From an uncultured cyanobacterium (GTDB lineage: Bacteria > Cyanobacteriota > Cyanobacteriia > PCC-6307 > Cyanobiaceae), in assembly GCA_963697335.1 (NCBI GenBank), contig CAVONQ010000004.1, positions 1-64,000 on the forward strand: a stretch of DNA of 64,000 bases, read 5' to 3'. Positions 32,465 to 44,195 of this stretch are shown here, piece by piece; position 1 is the stretch's first letter, and each line of letters starts with the position of its first letter. A program made the translations under genes and the position numbers. Below the pieces are notes generated by a model. That model was not told the DNA's origin, ran no database searches, and saw only the letters and a program-made list of their open reading frames with translations.

Positions 32465-32977
32465 ATGACAGGCGATGGGGCCGAGGGTTTCACGGCGGGC
32501 CAACGGCGGCAGTTGCTGGCTTGGCACGCCGACCTGGCCAGGGCCAGCGGCTGGAGCGGCGACCTGCCCGTGGTGGTGCATGAGCGCTGCTGGCTGCGCC
32601 TGCGGGCCGTGCCCGTGGGCCAGCTGGCCCAGCAGTGGCCACCCGACTGCAGCGCTGAGGCCCCGGAGCTGTCCCGCTACCGCGAACTGGTGAAGGCGGG
32701 GGAGGACCCCTGGCTGGCGGAGCTGCGCTGCTGGGAGGAGTTCGGTCAGCCGGCCTGCCAGGAGGCCCAGCGGACCTACTGGCAGCAACACGCCAGGAAC
32801 CCGGGCTGGACCCTCACCAGCTACCAGACCCTGTTGGCGCGCTACCGCCAGCAGATGGGGAGCACCGAGCTGCGCTCACTGCCCGTGCTGCAGCTACCGA
32901 GGGCCTTCAGCGCCGAGCCGCACCGGGTCCTGTGGCTCAAACCCCTGCGTCCGTCGATGCGGCACACTTGCGCCTGA
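32465..32977 (+). CDS. Hypothetical protein
   Basis: High-GC3 ORF, first gene of the run leading to trpS. Confidence 0.7.
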   Translation: MTGDGAEGFTAGQRRQLLAWHADLARASGWSGDLPVVVHERCWLRLRAVPVGQLAQQWPPDCSAEAPELSRYRELVKAGEDPWLAELRCWEEFGQPACQEAQRTYWQQHARNPGWTLTSYQTLLARYRQQMGSTELRSLPVLQLPRAFSAEPHRVLWLKPLRPSMRHTCA

Positions 32978-32985
32978 CTCCTTAG

Positions 32986-33492
32986 ATGGCCGCCATGGCT
33001 GACGAGACGAGCACGGCCCTGCCCCAGGCCGGGAGATCCGGCGGCAACCGTGAGCCCGGTGGGTTCCGGATCCGCCTGAGCGATAACGAGATGCGCGCGG
33101 CCCGGGCTGTGCAGGAGGCCTTCCGCCTGCGCTCCACCGTGGCTGTGCTCGGCTTCTGCCTGCGCACCGTGGCCCAACTGCTCGAGGAAGGCAAGCTCGA
33201 TGCCCTTGTGACCGAACTGCGCAACCAGCCCGCAGCTGCGGATGGCCAGCGGGACGGAGTCCGCGAGGGTGGGCGAGAGGGTGGCCGCGGTGGCCGTCGC
33301 CCTGGTTCCGAGGGGCGCGGGACCAGACCAGAACGGCAGGACCGCGTTGATCCCTTCGCTCGGCCCCCCAGACCCAAGCCCAGCGCGCCGATCGCTGAAG
33401 CCGTCAAGGAACCAGCCTCAGAAGCGGCCCCGGAAGGCACCCCAGAAGCCGCGCCTGAAGCCGCTGAACAGCCCAGCGTCCAGGGGAGCTGA
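32986..33492 (+). CDS. Hypothetical protein, possible ribbon-helix-helix N-terminal domain plus disordered tail
   Basis: GGFRIRLSDNEMRAARAVQEAFRLRSTVAVLGF; low-complexity C-terminus. Confidence 0.75.
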   Translation: MAAMADETSTALPQAGRSGGNREPGGFRIRLSDNEMRAARAVQEAFRLRSTVAVLGFCLRTVAQLLEEGKLDALVTELRNQPAAADGQRDGVREGGREGGRGGRRPGSEGRGTRPERQDRVDPFARPPRPKPSAPIAEAVKEPASEAAPEGTPEAAPEAAEQPSVQGS

Positions 33493-33498
33493 GGGGAG

Positions 33499-34551
33499 AT
33501 GGCACGGCCCCGGGTGCTCTCCGGCGTTCAGCCCACCGGAGGTCTGCACATCGGCAACTGGCTCGGCGCCATCCGCAACTGGGTCGACCTGCAGGAGAGC
33601 CACGACACCTTCTTCTGTGTGGTGGACCTGCACGCCATCACGGTGCCCCACGATCCCGCCGCCCTGGCGGAGGCCACCCTGAGCACCGCCGCCCTCTACC
33701 TGGCCTGCGGCATCGACCCGGCCCGCTCGACCGTGTTCGTGCAGAGCCATGTGCGGGCCCACAGCGCCCTCTGCTGGCTGCTCAATTGCGTGACGCCGCT
33801 CAACTGGCTGGAGCGGATGATCCAGTTCAAGGAAAAGGCCGTGAAGCAGGGCGACCAGGTGTCGGCGGGACTGCTCGACTACCCGGTGCTGATGGCGGCC
33901 GACATCCTCCTCTATGACGCCGATCTGGTGCCCGTGGGCGAAGACCAGAAGCAGCATCTGGAGCTGGCCCGCGACATTGCCCAGCAGCGCATCAACGCCC
34001 GCTTTGGCACCCCAGGGCCCGACGGGGAGCGTCAGCCGGTGCTGAAGGTGCCCGAACCCCTGATCCTGCGGGAGGGAGCCCGGGTGATGAGCCTCAGTGA
34101 CGGGCGCAGCAAGATGAGCAAGAGCGATCCCAACGAGGGCTCCCGGATTGCGCTGCTGGATCCGCCCGAGCTGATCACCCGCAAGATCAAGCGCGCCAAG
34201 ACCGACCCCACCCTGGGTCTGGAATTCGGCAACCCGGAGCGTCCCGAAGCGGACAACCTGCTGGGCCTCTACGCCCTGCTCAGCGACCAGAGCCGCGACG
34301 CCGCCGCCCTGGAGTGCGCCGAGATGGGCTGGGGGCGCTTCAAGCCCCTGCTCACCGAGGCCCTGATCGAGGCCCTCAACCCGGTGCAGGAGCGCTACCG
34401 CATGTGGCGGGCCGACCCCACAGCCCTGGAGCAGGTGCTGGCCGATGGCCGCGCCCGGGCGGACACCGTGGCCGAGACCACCCTGCGGCGGGTGGAACAT
34501 TGCCTTGGCTTCCTGCCGCCCAGGAGCCGAGCCCAGCAGCCGGAGTCTTAA
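33499..34551 (+). CDS. trpS: Tryptophan--tRNA ligase
   Basis: SGVQPTGGLHIGN, VPVGEDQKQHLE, KMSKS. Confidence 0.98.
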   Translation: MARPRVLSGVQPTGGLHIGNWLGAIRNWVDLQESHDTFFCVVDLHAITVPHDPAALAEATLSTAALYLACGIDPARSTVFVQSHVRAHSALCWLLNCVTPLNWLERMIQFKEKAVKQGDQVSAGLLDYPVLMAADILLYDADLVPVGEDQKQHLELARDIAQQRINARFGTPGPDGERQPVLKVPEPLILREGARVMSLSDGRSKMSKSDPNEGSRIALLDPPELITRKIKRAKTDPTLGLEFGNPERPEADNLLGLYALLSDQSRDAAALECAEMGWGRFKPLLTEALIEALNPVQERYRMWRADPTALEQVLADGRARADTVAETTLRRVEHCLGFLPPRSRAQQPES

Positions 34552-34567
34552 CAGTCTCTGCAGAAAT

Positions 34568-34800
34568 GATCAGGCCTGCTGATGCCAGAGGGCTGGGCCA
34601 CCTCCTGACACCAGCCCAACGCCGCTGACCACATGACTAAGTAAAAGCACCCACACGGCAGCGGTCTACGGACTGTCGCCATGGTCACAGCATCAGGGAA
34701 TGCACACGGCGGCGCCGATGTCTACCCCCCAGCTGGGGGGGTCGCTCGCAACGCACCCCGATCAGCAACGTATGGCGACTCGCACCTGCATTGCCTGACC
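34568..34800 (+). ncRNA. Candidate structured cis-regulatory RNA upstream of the lysozyme gene
   Basis: Nested stems, a C(UACG)G tetraloop hairpin and alternative pairings (see findings). Confidence 0.4.
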
Positions 34801-34806
34801 AGCTCC

Positions 34807-35469
34807 TTGTTCCAGAAGCTCTCCCGCACCCCCCTGGCCATCGCCCTGTGCCTTGCCGCCACGGTGCCCACCACCCTGGCCTCCTCGGCCGAGCTGCCAG
34901 GAGGCCCTGCAAGCCTGGCTGCCCCGACCCCCCAGCTGCCTGCCTCCACCAGGGTGGCCGTGCGCAGCCCCGACGGCCCCTTCACGGTCACGCCGGAGCG
35001 CAGGGCCCTGCTCAACACGATCCGCTACGCCGAGGGCACCTGGAAGGGTGGTCGCGATGAGGGCTACCGGGTGATGTATGGCGGCCAACTCTTCCAGAGC
35101 TTTCAGCGCCACCCCGAAATCAGCGTGCGGCGCATGTACACCAGTGCAGCCGCAGGCGCCTACCAGTTTCTGCCCAGCACCTGGCATGAGGTGTCGCGCA
35201 GGCTGGGGCTGCGCAGCTTCGAGCCCCACAACCAGGACCAGGCCGCCCTCTACCTGATCCAGCGCCGACGCGCCCTGACCCGCTTCGATCGCCAGGGCCT
35301 CGACAGCGAGGTCATGGCGCGGTTGGCGCCCGAGTGGGCCTCGATCCCCTACCGCCATGGCAGCAGCTACTACGGCCAGCCGGTGAAGAGCCGCCAGGAG
35401 CTCAGCCGCTTCTACCAGGCGGCCCTGGGCGAGGCCCGGCGCAACAGCACGAGCGGCAACCCTGCCTAG
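34807..35469 (+). CDS. Lambda-type lysozyme / muramidase (GH104/GH24-like) with signal peptide
   Basis: LLNTIRYAEGT, SAAAGAYQFL, FEPHNQDQAA, LAPEWASIP; TTG 34807 gives the signal peptide MFQKLSRTPLAIALCLAATVPTTLA (ORF track starts at 34681). Confidence 0.85.
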   Translation: MFQKLSRTPLAIALCLAATVPTTLASSAELPGGPASLAAPTPQLPASTRVAVRSPDGPFTVTPERRALLNTIRYAEGTWKGGRDEGYRVMYGGQLFQSFQRHPEISVRRMYTSAAAGAYQFLPSTWHEVSRRLGLRSFEPHNQDQAALYLIQRRRALTRFDRQGLDSEVMARLAPEWASIPYRHGSSYYGQPVKSRQELSRFYQAALGEARRNSTSGNPA

Positions 35470-35894
35470 GGCTCGCGGTAGATCACCCGGCCGCGCTCGT
35501 CGTTGCCCACATCGAGAAGGTGCCCATGCAGCAGTCGCTCGATCTCGCTGCGCAACTGCTCACTGCCCACACCCGGTTGGCCCTCAAGGGCCAGCAGGGC
35601 ATCGTTGATGGTGAAGCCAGCTGAGCCATTGGTGCGAGCGAGCTGGAGCAACTGGCGCTCGAGGGAGGCGCCCCGGGCCCGCAGCAGGTGCACGGCATTG
35701 GCCTGTTCCACCACATCCGGCAGCAACCAGAGATCCACCAGCTGGCCGATGAAGCACAGCCCGAAGGTGAACAGATAGAGGGTGCCGCTGATGGGCCGGC
35801 GGCTGTAGAACCGCTGGATACCACACACGCCCACCAGCCCCAGCGCCCACAGCAGGTAGGCCACCCCGAGGTGGCGCGGCTGGGTGAGAGCCAT
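35466..35894 (-). CDS. TM2/NINE domain protein
   Basis: AYLLWALGLVGVCGIQRFY..GTLYLFTFGLCFIGQLVDLWLLP. Confidence 0.88.
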   Translation of the reverse strand: MALTQPRHLGVAYLLWALGLVGVCGIQRFYSRRPISGTLYLFTFGLCFIGQLVDLWLLPDVVEQANAVHLLRARGASLERQLLQLARTNGSAGFTINDALLALEGQPGVGSEQLRSEIERLLHGHLLDVGNDERGRVIYREP

Positions 35895-36289
35895 CAGGCG
35901 AGCGCGTCGGGGGGCGGCAGCAGAGCGGGCATGGCGGGGGGCTCGGGCCAGTCCATGGGGGGCAGGGCCACGCCACTGCGCCGCAGGCTGGCCGACAGGG
36001 ACCAGACCCGCAGCACCAGCTGGTGCCAGGGAGCCATCGCGTCCAGGCCGAGGGCCATCGGCACCGGAGCGGCTCGGCGCAGGCTGGCGGCCGCTGCCAG
36101 CTCGCGGCGGGCCTCGTCCAGCCGCTGGCGCAACTGCAGGCGTTCGGGCTCCGCCATCACTCCGTCAGGGCAGAGGTCCAGCAACAGCTCGCCGCGGCTG
36201 AACCAGATCCCGAAATCAGCGAGCAGGGAACCCAGCAGGTGCTCCAGCAGATCGGACGCAGGCTCCTGGGGAGTAGGGGAGGCTGTCAT
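35894..36289 (-). CDS. DUF2605 family protein
   Basis: LLEHLLGSLLADFGIWFSRG..MAPWHQLV; ATG at 36289. Confidence 0.8.
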   Translation of the reverse strand: MTASPTPQEPASDLLEHLLGSLLADFGIWFSRGELLLDLCPDGVMAEPERLQLRQRLDEARRELAAAASLRRAAPVPMALGLDAMAPWHQLVLRVWSLSASLRRSGVALPPMDWPEPPAMPALLPPPDALA

Positions 36290-36347
36290 GAAAGCCAGCC
36301 TAGAAGGGCTGCGTAGGATCGGCCTTCGCCGTCGACTGCTCCCGCCC

Positions 36348-38228
<1,881 letters not shown>

Positions 38229-38230
38229 CC

Positions 38231-39247
38231 ATGGCCAGCTCCACGCAATGCCTCACGGTGCTGGCGGGGGACATCGGCGGCACCAAGACCCTGCTGGCCC
38301 TCTACGCCCTCTGCGGCCCCCGGCTGGAGCTGTTGCGCAGTGAGCGCTACGCCTCCGCCGAGTGGCCCGATCTGGCTCCGATGGTGCGGGCCTTTCTGGA
38401 CACGGACTCCCCTCCGGCGGCGGCCTGTTTTGCCGTGGCTGGTCCGGTGCAGGGCGGTGAGGCCCACCTCACCAACCTGTCCTGGCAACTCAGTGAAGAG
38501 GTCCTGGCCCAGGACACCGGCATCGAACGGGTGAACCTGGTGAACGACTTCGCCGTGCTGATCTACGGCCTGCCGCACCTGGAGCCCCACCAGCAGGCCC
38601 CGGTGGTGGCGGGTGAGACGGTGGCTGGAGAGCCGCTGCTGGTGCTGGGGGCGGGCACCGGTCTGGGGGTGGCGATCGGGCTGCCGCAGCCGAATGGAGC
38701 GGGTCTCACCGCCCTGGCCAGCGAGGCGGCCCATGGCGAGTTCGCTCCGCGTACGGCCCAGGAGTGGGAGCTCAAGCAGTGGCTGATGGCCAGCCTGGGC
38801 CTGGAGCGCCTCTCGATCGAGCGGGTGGTGAGCGGCACCGGGCTGGGCCAAGTGACCCGCTGGCTGCTGGAGTGCCAAGACCCGGGCCGCGCCCATCCCC
38901 TGCAGGCCCTCGCGGCCAGCCAGCCTGAGGAGCTGCCCGCCGCCACCGCCGCCGCAGCGGCCCAGGGCGATCCCCTCGCCAGCGCGGCCCTGGAGCTGTG
39001 GCTTGGGGCCTACGGCAGTGTCTGCGGCGATCTGGCCCTCACCAGCCTCAGCCGCGGCGGCATCTGGCTGGCGGGGGGCACCGCCGCCAAACTGCTGGAC
39101 CCCCTCAGGGGCAGCACGTTCGCCAAGGCCTTCCTGGCCAAGGGGCGGCTGGGCCGGATCCTGGCCACGATGCCGATCACGGCGGTGGTGGACCCCGCCA
39201 TCGGCCAGTTCAGTGCCGCCTGCCGCGCCCGGATGCTGCTGGGGTGA
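38231..39247 (+). CDS. glk: Glucokinase
   Basis: GDIGGTKT, FAVAGPV, LVNDF, GAGTGLG, ERVVSGTGL. Confidence 0.93.
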   Translation: MASSTQCLTVLAGDIGGTKTLLALYALCGPRLELLRSERYASAEWPDLAPMVRAFLDTDSPPAAACFAVAGPVQGGEAHLTNLSWQLSEEVLAQDTGIERVNLVNDFAVLIYGLPHLEPHQQAPVVAGETVAGEPLLVLGAGTGLGVAIGLPQPNGAGLTALASEAAHGEFAPRTAQEWELKQWLMASLGLERLSIERVVSGTGLGQVTRWLLECQDPGRAHPLQALAASQPEELPAATAAAAAQGDPLASAALELWLGAYGSVCGDLALTSLSRGGIWLAGGTAAKLLDPLRGSTFAKAFLAKGRLGRILATMPITAVVDPAIGQFSAACRARMLLG

Positions 39248-39326
39248 GGCAGGGCGGCCCAATGGCAGGCACGAACCAAACCCCTGACCATGAACTGAGA
39301 CACTGAGCCGAACCGAGGAAGCTTCG

Positions 39327-40289
39327 ATGGCGCGCCCCCGCATCGGCCAGGGCGTCGTGGTCCATGTGCCAGCCACCACCGCCAATGTGGGCCCCGGGTT
39401 CGACTGCCTCGGGGCGGCCCTGGACCTCGACAACGTGTTCGAGATGCGCTGCATCGCCGGCGGCAGCCAGCGCTTCGACCTGATCATCGAAGGTCCGGAG
39501 GGGGCCCACCTGCGCGGCGGGCCCGACAACCTCGTCTACCGCTCCGCCCAGCGGGTGTGGAAGGAGGCCTGTGAAGAACCGGTGGGGCTGGAGGCGCGGG
39601 TGCGCCTGGCCGTGCCCCCGGCCCGGGGCCTGGGCAGCAGTGCCACGGCGATTGTGGCGGGCCTGATGGGCGCCAACGCCCTGGTGGGGGAACCGCTCAG
39701 CAAGGAGAAACTGCTCGAGCTGGCCATCGACATCGAGGGCCATCCCGACAACGTGGTGCCCTCCCTGGTGGGTGGGCTGTGCATGACGGCGAAGGCCGCC
39801 TCCCACCGCTGGCGGGTGGTGCGCTGCGAGTGGTCGGCGGAGGTGGTGGCCGTGGTGGCGATTCCGGCGGTGAGGCTCACCACCAGCGAGGCGCGGCGGG
39901 CCATGCCCAAGGCGATCCCCGTGGCCGATGCGGTGACCAACCTCGGCGCCCTGACGCTGTTGCTGCAGGGGCTGCGCACCGGCAATGGCGATCTGATCAC
40001 CGACGGCATGCACGATCGCCTGCACGAGCCCTACCGCTGGGGGCTGATCCCAGGCGGTCGCAAGGTGCGCGAGGCGGCCCTGGAGGCCGGGGCCTGGGGC
40101 TGTGTGATCAGCGGTGCCGGCCCCAGCCTGCTGGCGCTCTGCCGCCAGGAGGTGGCCGAAACGGTGAGCCGGGCGATGGTGCGCACCTGGTACTACGCCG
40201 GAGTGGAGTCGCGGGCGGAGGTGCTCAGCGTGCAGCACCTGGGCAGCCACTGGCTGCCGCTGCCGGATCGGCCCGAGAGTGCTGAGTAG
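39327..40289 (+). CDS. thrB: Homoserine kinase
   Basis: PATTANVGPGFD, PPARGLGSSA, EGHPDN, ISGAGP. Confidence 0.97.
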   Translation: MARPRIGQGVVVHVPATTANVGPGFDCLGAALDLDNVFEMRCIAGGSQRFDLIIEGPEGAHLRGGPDNLVYRSAQRVWKEACEEPVGLEARVRLAVPPARGLGSSATAIVAGLMGANALVGEPLSKEKLLELAIDIEGHPDNVVPSLVGGLCMTAKAASHRWRVVRCEWSAEVVAVVAIPAVRLTTSEARRAMPKAIPVADAVTNLGALTLLLQGLRTGNGDLITDGMHDRLHEPYRWGLIPGGRKVREAALEAGAWGCVISGAGPSLLALCRQEVAETVSRAMVRTWYYAGVESRAEVLSVQHLGSHWLPLPDRPESAE

Positions 40290-40347
40290 TTCTACCCAGC
40301 CGCCTTGCTGTAACTGATAAGTTGCACCAGATTTTGACGGGACTCGG

Positions 40348-41994
40348 ATGGACGGCTCTTTGGCGCTTGTGGCCGCGTCCTTTCCGCAGACTCCCACTCA
40401 ACCGCCTTTGCCCTGGCCCCTGGCGACAGCCCTGCCCGACTTCCTCGACGCAGGGGCTCTGGCGGGCTTCCCCTGGCTGAGCCTGATTGTGCTGCTGCCG
40501 GCGGCCGTGGCCCTGGCGATGCCGCTGCTGCCCGGCGACGGCAGCGATCCCCGCTGGCCCCGCACCCTGGCCCTCGGCACCCTGCTGGTGGATCTGGTGC
40601 TGATGCTGGTGTGCTTCAGCCAGCACTTTGAGGGCTCCAGCGCCGAGCTGCAGCTGGTGGAGCGTGTCAGTTGGGTGCCGGCCCTGGGACTGGAGTGGTC
40701 CCTGGGGGCCGATGGCCTCTCGGCGCCGCTGGTGGTGCTCTCGGGCCTGGTCACCCTGCTCTCGGTGGCCGCCAGCTGGAACATCAACCGCAAGACCCGC
40801 CTCTACTTCGCCCTGATGCTGGTGCAGGCCTCTGCCCAGGGGCTGGTGTTCCTCTCCCAGGACTTCCTGCTCTTCTTCCTGGCCTGGGAGCTGGAGCTGG
40901 TGCCGGTGTACCTGCTGATCGCCATCTGGGGCGGCCAGCAGCGCCAGTACGCCGCCACCAAGTTCATCCTCTACACCGCCACCGCGTCACTGCTGATCCT
41001 GGTGAGTGGCCTGGCTCTGGCCTTCTACGGCGGCCCCTTCACCTTCAACCTCAGCGAGATGGCGACCCGCAGCCCCGGCGGGGTGTTCGGCCTGCTCTGT
41101 TACGTGGGGTTTCTGATCGGCTTCGGCGTGAAGCTGCCGATGTTCCCCCTGCACACCTGGCTACCCGATGCCCATGGCGAGGCCAATGCACCGGTGTCGA
41201 TGCTGCTGGCGGGGGTGCTGCTGAAGATGGGGGGCTATGCCCTGCTGCGCTTCAACGTGCAGATGCTGCCGGAGGCCCACCTCACCCTGGCGCCGGCCCT
41301 GATCGTGCTCGGCATCGTCAACATCGTCTACGGCGCCCTCAATGCCTTTGCCCAGGACAACGTCAAGCGCCGCATCGCCTGCAGCTCGGTGAGCCACATG
41401 GGCTTCGTGCTGGTGGGAATCGGGGCCATCGACGCCCTCGGCATGAGTGGCGCCATGCTGCAGATGATCAGCCATGGCCTGATCGCCGCCGCCATGTTCT
41501 TCGTGACCGGCGTGTTCTACGAGCGCACCAAGACCCTCTCGATCCCCAACATGGGTGGCCTGGCCAAGGCCCTGCCGATCACCTTCGCCTTCTTCCTGGC
41601 CAGCTCCCTGGCCTCCCTCGCCCTGCCGGGCATGAGCGGCTTCGTCAGCGAGATCACCGTGTTTCTGGGGGTCACATCCAACGAGGACTTCACCATCGGC
41701 TTTCGGGTGATCACCATCGTGCTGGCGGCCGTCGGCCTGGTGCTGACGCCGGTGTACCTGCTCAGCCTCTGCAGGCGGGTGTTCTTCGGGCCCAGGATCC
41801 CCGCCCTGGCCGTGGTGGGCGACATGAATCCGCGCGAACTGCTGATCGGTCTGACCCTGCTGGTGCCCACCCTGGTGATCGGCTTCTGGCCACGGGTGGC
41901 GATCGATCTCTATGAGGCCAGCACCAACGGACTCTCCAGCCAGCTCGCCAGCGCCACGGCCATCACCCTGGGCCGGATCCCCGCCCTCGGCTGA
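40348..41994 (+). CDS. ndhD: NAD(P)H-quinone oxidoreductase subunit 4 (NdhD2-like)
   Basis: [51 protein letters not shown]. Confidence 0.93.
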   Translation: MDGSLALVAASFPQTPTQPPLPWPLATALPDFLDAGALAGFPWLSLIVLLPAAVALAMPLLPGDGSDPRWPRTLALGTLLVDLVLMLVCFSQHFEGSSAELQLVERVSWVPALGLEWSLGADGLSAPLVVLSGLVTLLSVAASWNINRKTRLYFALMLVQASAQGLVFLSQDFLLFFLAWELELVPVYLLIAIWGGQQRQYAATKFILYTATASLLILVSGLALAFYGGPFTFNLSEMATRSPGGVFGLLCYVGFLIGFGVKLPMFPLHTWLPDAHGEANAPVSMLLAGVLLKMGGYALLRFNVQMLPEAHLTLAPALIVLGIVNIVYGALNAFAQDNVKRRIACSSVSHMGFVLVGIGAIDALGMSGAMLQMISHGLIAAAMFFVTGVFYERTKTLSIPNMGGLAKALPITFAFFLASSLASLALPGMSGFVSEITVFLGVTSNEDFTIGFRVITIVLAAVGLVLTPVYLLSLCRRVFFGPRIPALAVVGDMNPRELLIGLTLLVPTLVIGFWPRVAIDLYEASTNGLSSQLASATAITLGRIPALG

Positions 41995-42046
41995 ACCACG
42001 GCCTACCGCTGCCATGGGCTGAAATGGGCCAAGCTGAACCGCGCTG

Positions 42047-44137
42047 ATGGGCCACGCCACCGCCACCCTGCCGCTGCTTGAGGGCCGGGGCTTGCCTGCC
42101 TTCGCCCAGATCACTGCTGATCAGGTTTCCACGGCGATCCCCCAGCTGCTGGAGCAGTTGCATGGCGAGCTCAGCGCCCTGGAGGCAAACCTGGAGCAGC
42201 GGCTCAACGATCCGAACGCCCCCCTGACCTGGGAGGCGGTGATGGAGCCGCTGCAGCGGCTGGGTGAAAGGCTGCGCTGGAGCTGGGGAGTGGTGAGCCA
42301 CCTCAACGGCGTCTGCAACAGCCCCGAGCTGCGCGAGGCCTACCAGGAGCAGCAGGGGGCCGTGGTGGCCTTCGGAAGCCGGGCCGGCCAGAGCCAGCTG
42401 ATTTTTCGCGCCCTGGCGCGGCTGGCCAGCACCGATCTCGATGCCGTCCAGCAGCGCATCGTCGAGGCGGAGCGCCGCGACATGCAGTTGCGGGGCGTGG
42501 GGCTGGAGGGCCCCGAGCAGGAGGCCTTCAACGCCGCCACCGCCGAGCTGGCCAGCCTCGCCAACGACTTCGGCAACCACGTGCTCGACGCCACCAACGG
42601 CTGGAGCCTCAGCCTCACCAGCGAGGCTGAGCTGGCCGGCCTGCCCGCCAGCCTCAGGGAGCTGCTGGCCCAGGCCGCCCGGGAGGCCGGCGAAGAGGGC
42701 TGGCGCATGGGGCTCGACATGCCCAGGGCCATGCCGTTCCTCAAGTTCAGCCAGCGGCGCGACCTGCGCGAAACGGTCTACCGGGCCCAGGTGAGCCGCG
42801 CCTCCAGCGGCGCCCTCGACAACCGGCCCCTGATCGAGCGGATCCTGACCCTCAAGCGGGAGCAGGCCCAGCGCCTGGGCTACACCAGCTGGGCCGAGGT
42901 GAGCCTGGCCACCAAGATGGCAGGCTCGGTAGCCGAGGTGGAGCAACTGCTGGAGGAGCTGCGCGCCGCGGCCCTGCCGGCGGCCCAGCGGGAGATCGAG
43001 GAGTTGCAAGCCTGCGCCCGCCGCCACGGTGCCCCCGAGGCCGAGGAGCTCAAGCCCTGGGACGTGAGCTACTGGGCGGAGGTGCTGCGGCGGGAAACCT
43101 TTGAGCTGGATGCCGAGGCCCTGCGGCCCTGGTTCCCCCTGGAGCAGGTGCTGCAGGGGCTGTTCGGCCTCTGCCAGCGCCTCTTCGACATCCGCATCGT
43201 GAGCACGGAAGGGGAGGCGCCGCTGTGGCACCCGGACGTGCGCTACTTCCGCGTGCTCAGCGCCGGCAGTGGCGACGAGCTGGCCGGTTTCTACCTCGAT
43301 CCCTACAGCCGCCCGGGCAGCAAGCGGGGCGGCGCCTGGATGGATGAGTGCCTGGGCCGCTCCCGCAGCCCCGAGGGCACCCCGGTGCTGCCGGTGGCCT
43401 ATCTGATCTGCAACCAGAGCCCGCCGGTGGGCAGCACCCCCAGCCTGATGACCTTCGACGAAGTGGAGACCCTTTTCCACGAGTTCGGCCACGGCCTGCA
43501 GCACATGCTCACCACGGTGGAGCGTCCCCAGGCCGCCGGCATCAACAACGTGGAGTGGGATGCGGTGGAGCTTCCCAGCCAGTTCATGGAGAACTGGTGC
43601 TACGACCGCGCCACCCTGATGGGCATGGCCCGCCACTGGCAGAGCGGTGAACCGCTGCCCGAGGCCGAATACCACAAACTGCTGGCGGCGCGCACCTTCA
43701 TGGGCGGCAGCGCCACCCTGCGCCAGGTGCACTTCGCCCTCACCGACCTGCGGCTGCACAGCCAATGGACCCCGGACTGCGGCCAGACCCCTGACGAGCT
43801 GCGCCGCGCGATCGCCCGCACCACCACGGTGCTGGAGCCGATTGCCGAAGACGCCTTTCTCTGCGCCTTCAGCCACATCTTCGCCGGGGGTTACGCCGCC
43901 GGCTACTACTCCTACAAGTGGGCCGAGGTGCTCAGCGCCGATGCCTTCAGCGCCTTCGAGGAGGTGGGTCTGGACCAGGAGGACGCCATCGTGGCCACCG
44001 GCCGCCGCTTCCGCGACACGGTGCTCAGCCTCGGCGGCAGTCGCTCCCCGAGCGAAGTGTTTGAGGCCTTCCGCGGCCGCCAACCCAGCAGCGCCGCCCT
44101 GATCCGGCATTCGGGGCTGGCTGCAGTAAGCCCCTGA
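42047..44137 (+). CDS. prlC: Oligopeptidase A (M3 family)
   Basis: KRGGAWM, FHEFGHGLQH (HExxH), ELPSQFME, YAAGYYSYKWAE. Confidence 0.94.
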   Translation: MGHATATLPLLEGRGLPAFAQITADQVSTAIPQLLEQLHGELSALEANLEQRLNDPNAPLTWEAVMEPLQRLGERLRWSWGVVSHLNGVCNSPELREAYQEQQGAVVAFGSRAGQSQLIFRALARLASTDLDAVQQRIVEAERRDMQLRGVGLEGPEQEAFNAATAELASLANDFGNHVLDATNGWSLSLTSEAELAGLPASLRELLAQAAREAGEEGWRMGLDMPRAMPFLKFSQRRDLRETVYRAQVSRASSGALDNRPLIERILTLKREQAQRLGYTSWAEVSLATKMAGSVAEVEQLLEELRAAALPAAQREIEELQACARRHGAPEAEELKPWDVSYWAEVLRRETFELDAEALRPWFPLEQVLQGLFGLCQRLFDIRIVSTEGEAPLWHPDVRYFRVLSAGSGDELAGFYLDPYSRPGSKRGGAWMDECLGRSRSPEGTPVLPVAYLICNQSPPVGSTPSLMTFDEVETLFHEFGHGLQHMLTTVERPQAAGINNVEWDAVELPSQFMENWCYDRATLMGMARHWQSGEPLPEAEYHKLLAARTFMGGSATLRQVHFALTDLRLHSQWTPDCGQTPDELRRAIARTTTVLEPIAEDAFLCAFSHIFAGGYAAGYYSYKWAEVLSADAFSAFEEVGLDQEDAIVATGRRFRDTVLSLGGSRSPSEVFEAFRGRQPSSAALIRHSGLAAVSP

Positions 44138-44195
44138 GCCGAGGAGGTGCCCCACTGGGGCTTGTCCGGACGACCCCACTGGGCAGGATGGGGCC

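Noticed and set aside
34571..34710. Hammerhead ribozyme or guanidine-I riboswitch in the lysozyme leader
   Set aside because: CTGATG is not followed by A and there is no GAAA core; ACACGGCGG lacks the downstream AAAAGCCCGGGAG element
35688..36347. Long N-terminal extension of ThrS (846-aa ORF)
   Set aside because: It overlaps two opposite-strand genes; ThrS similarity starts near 36420
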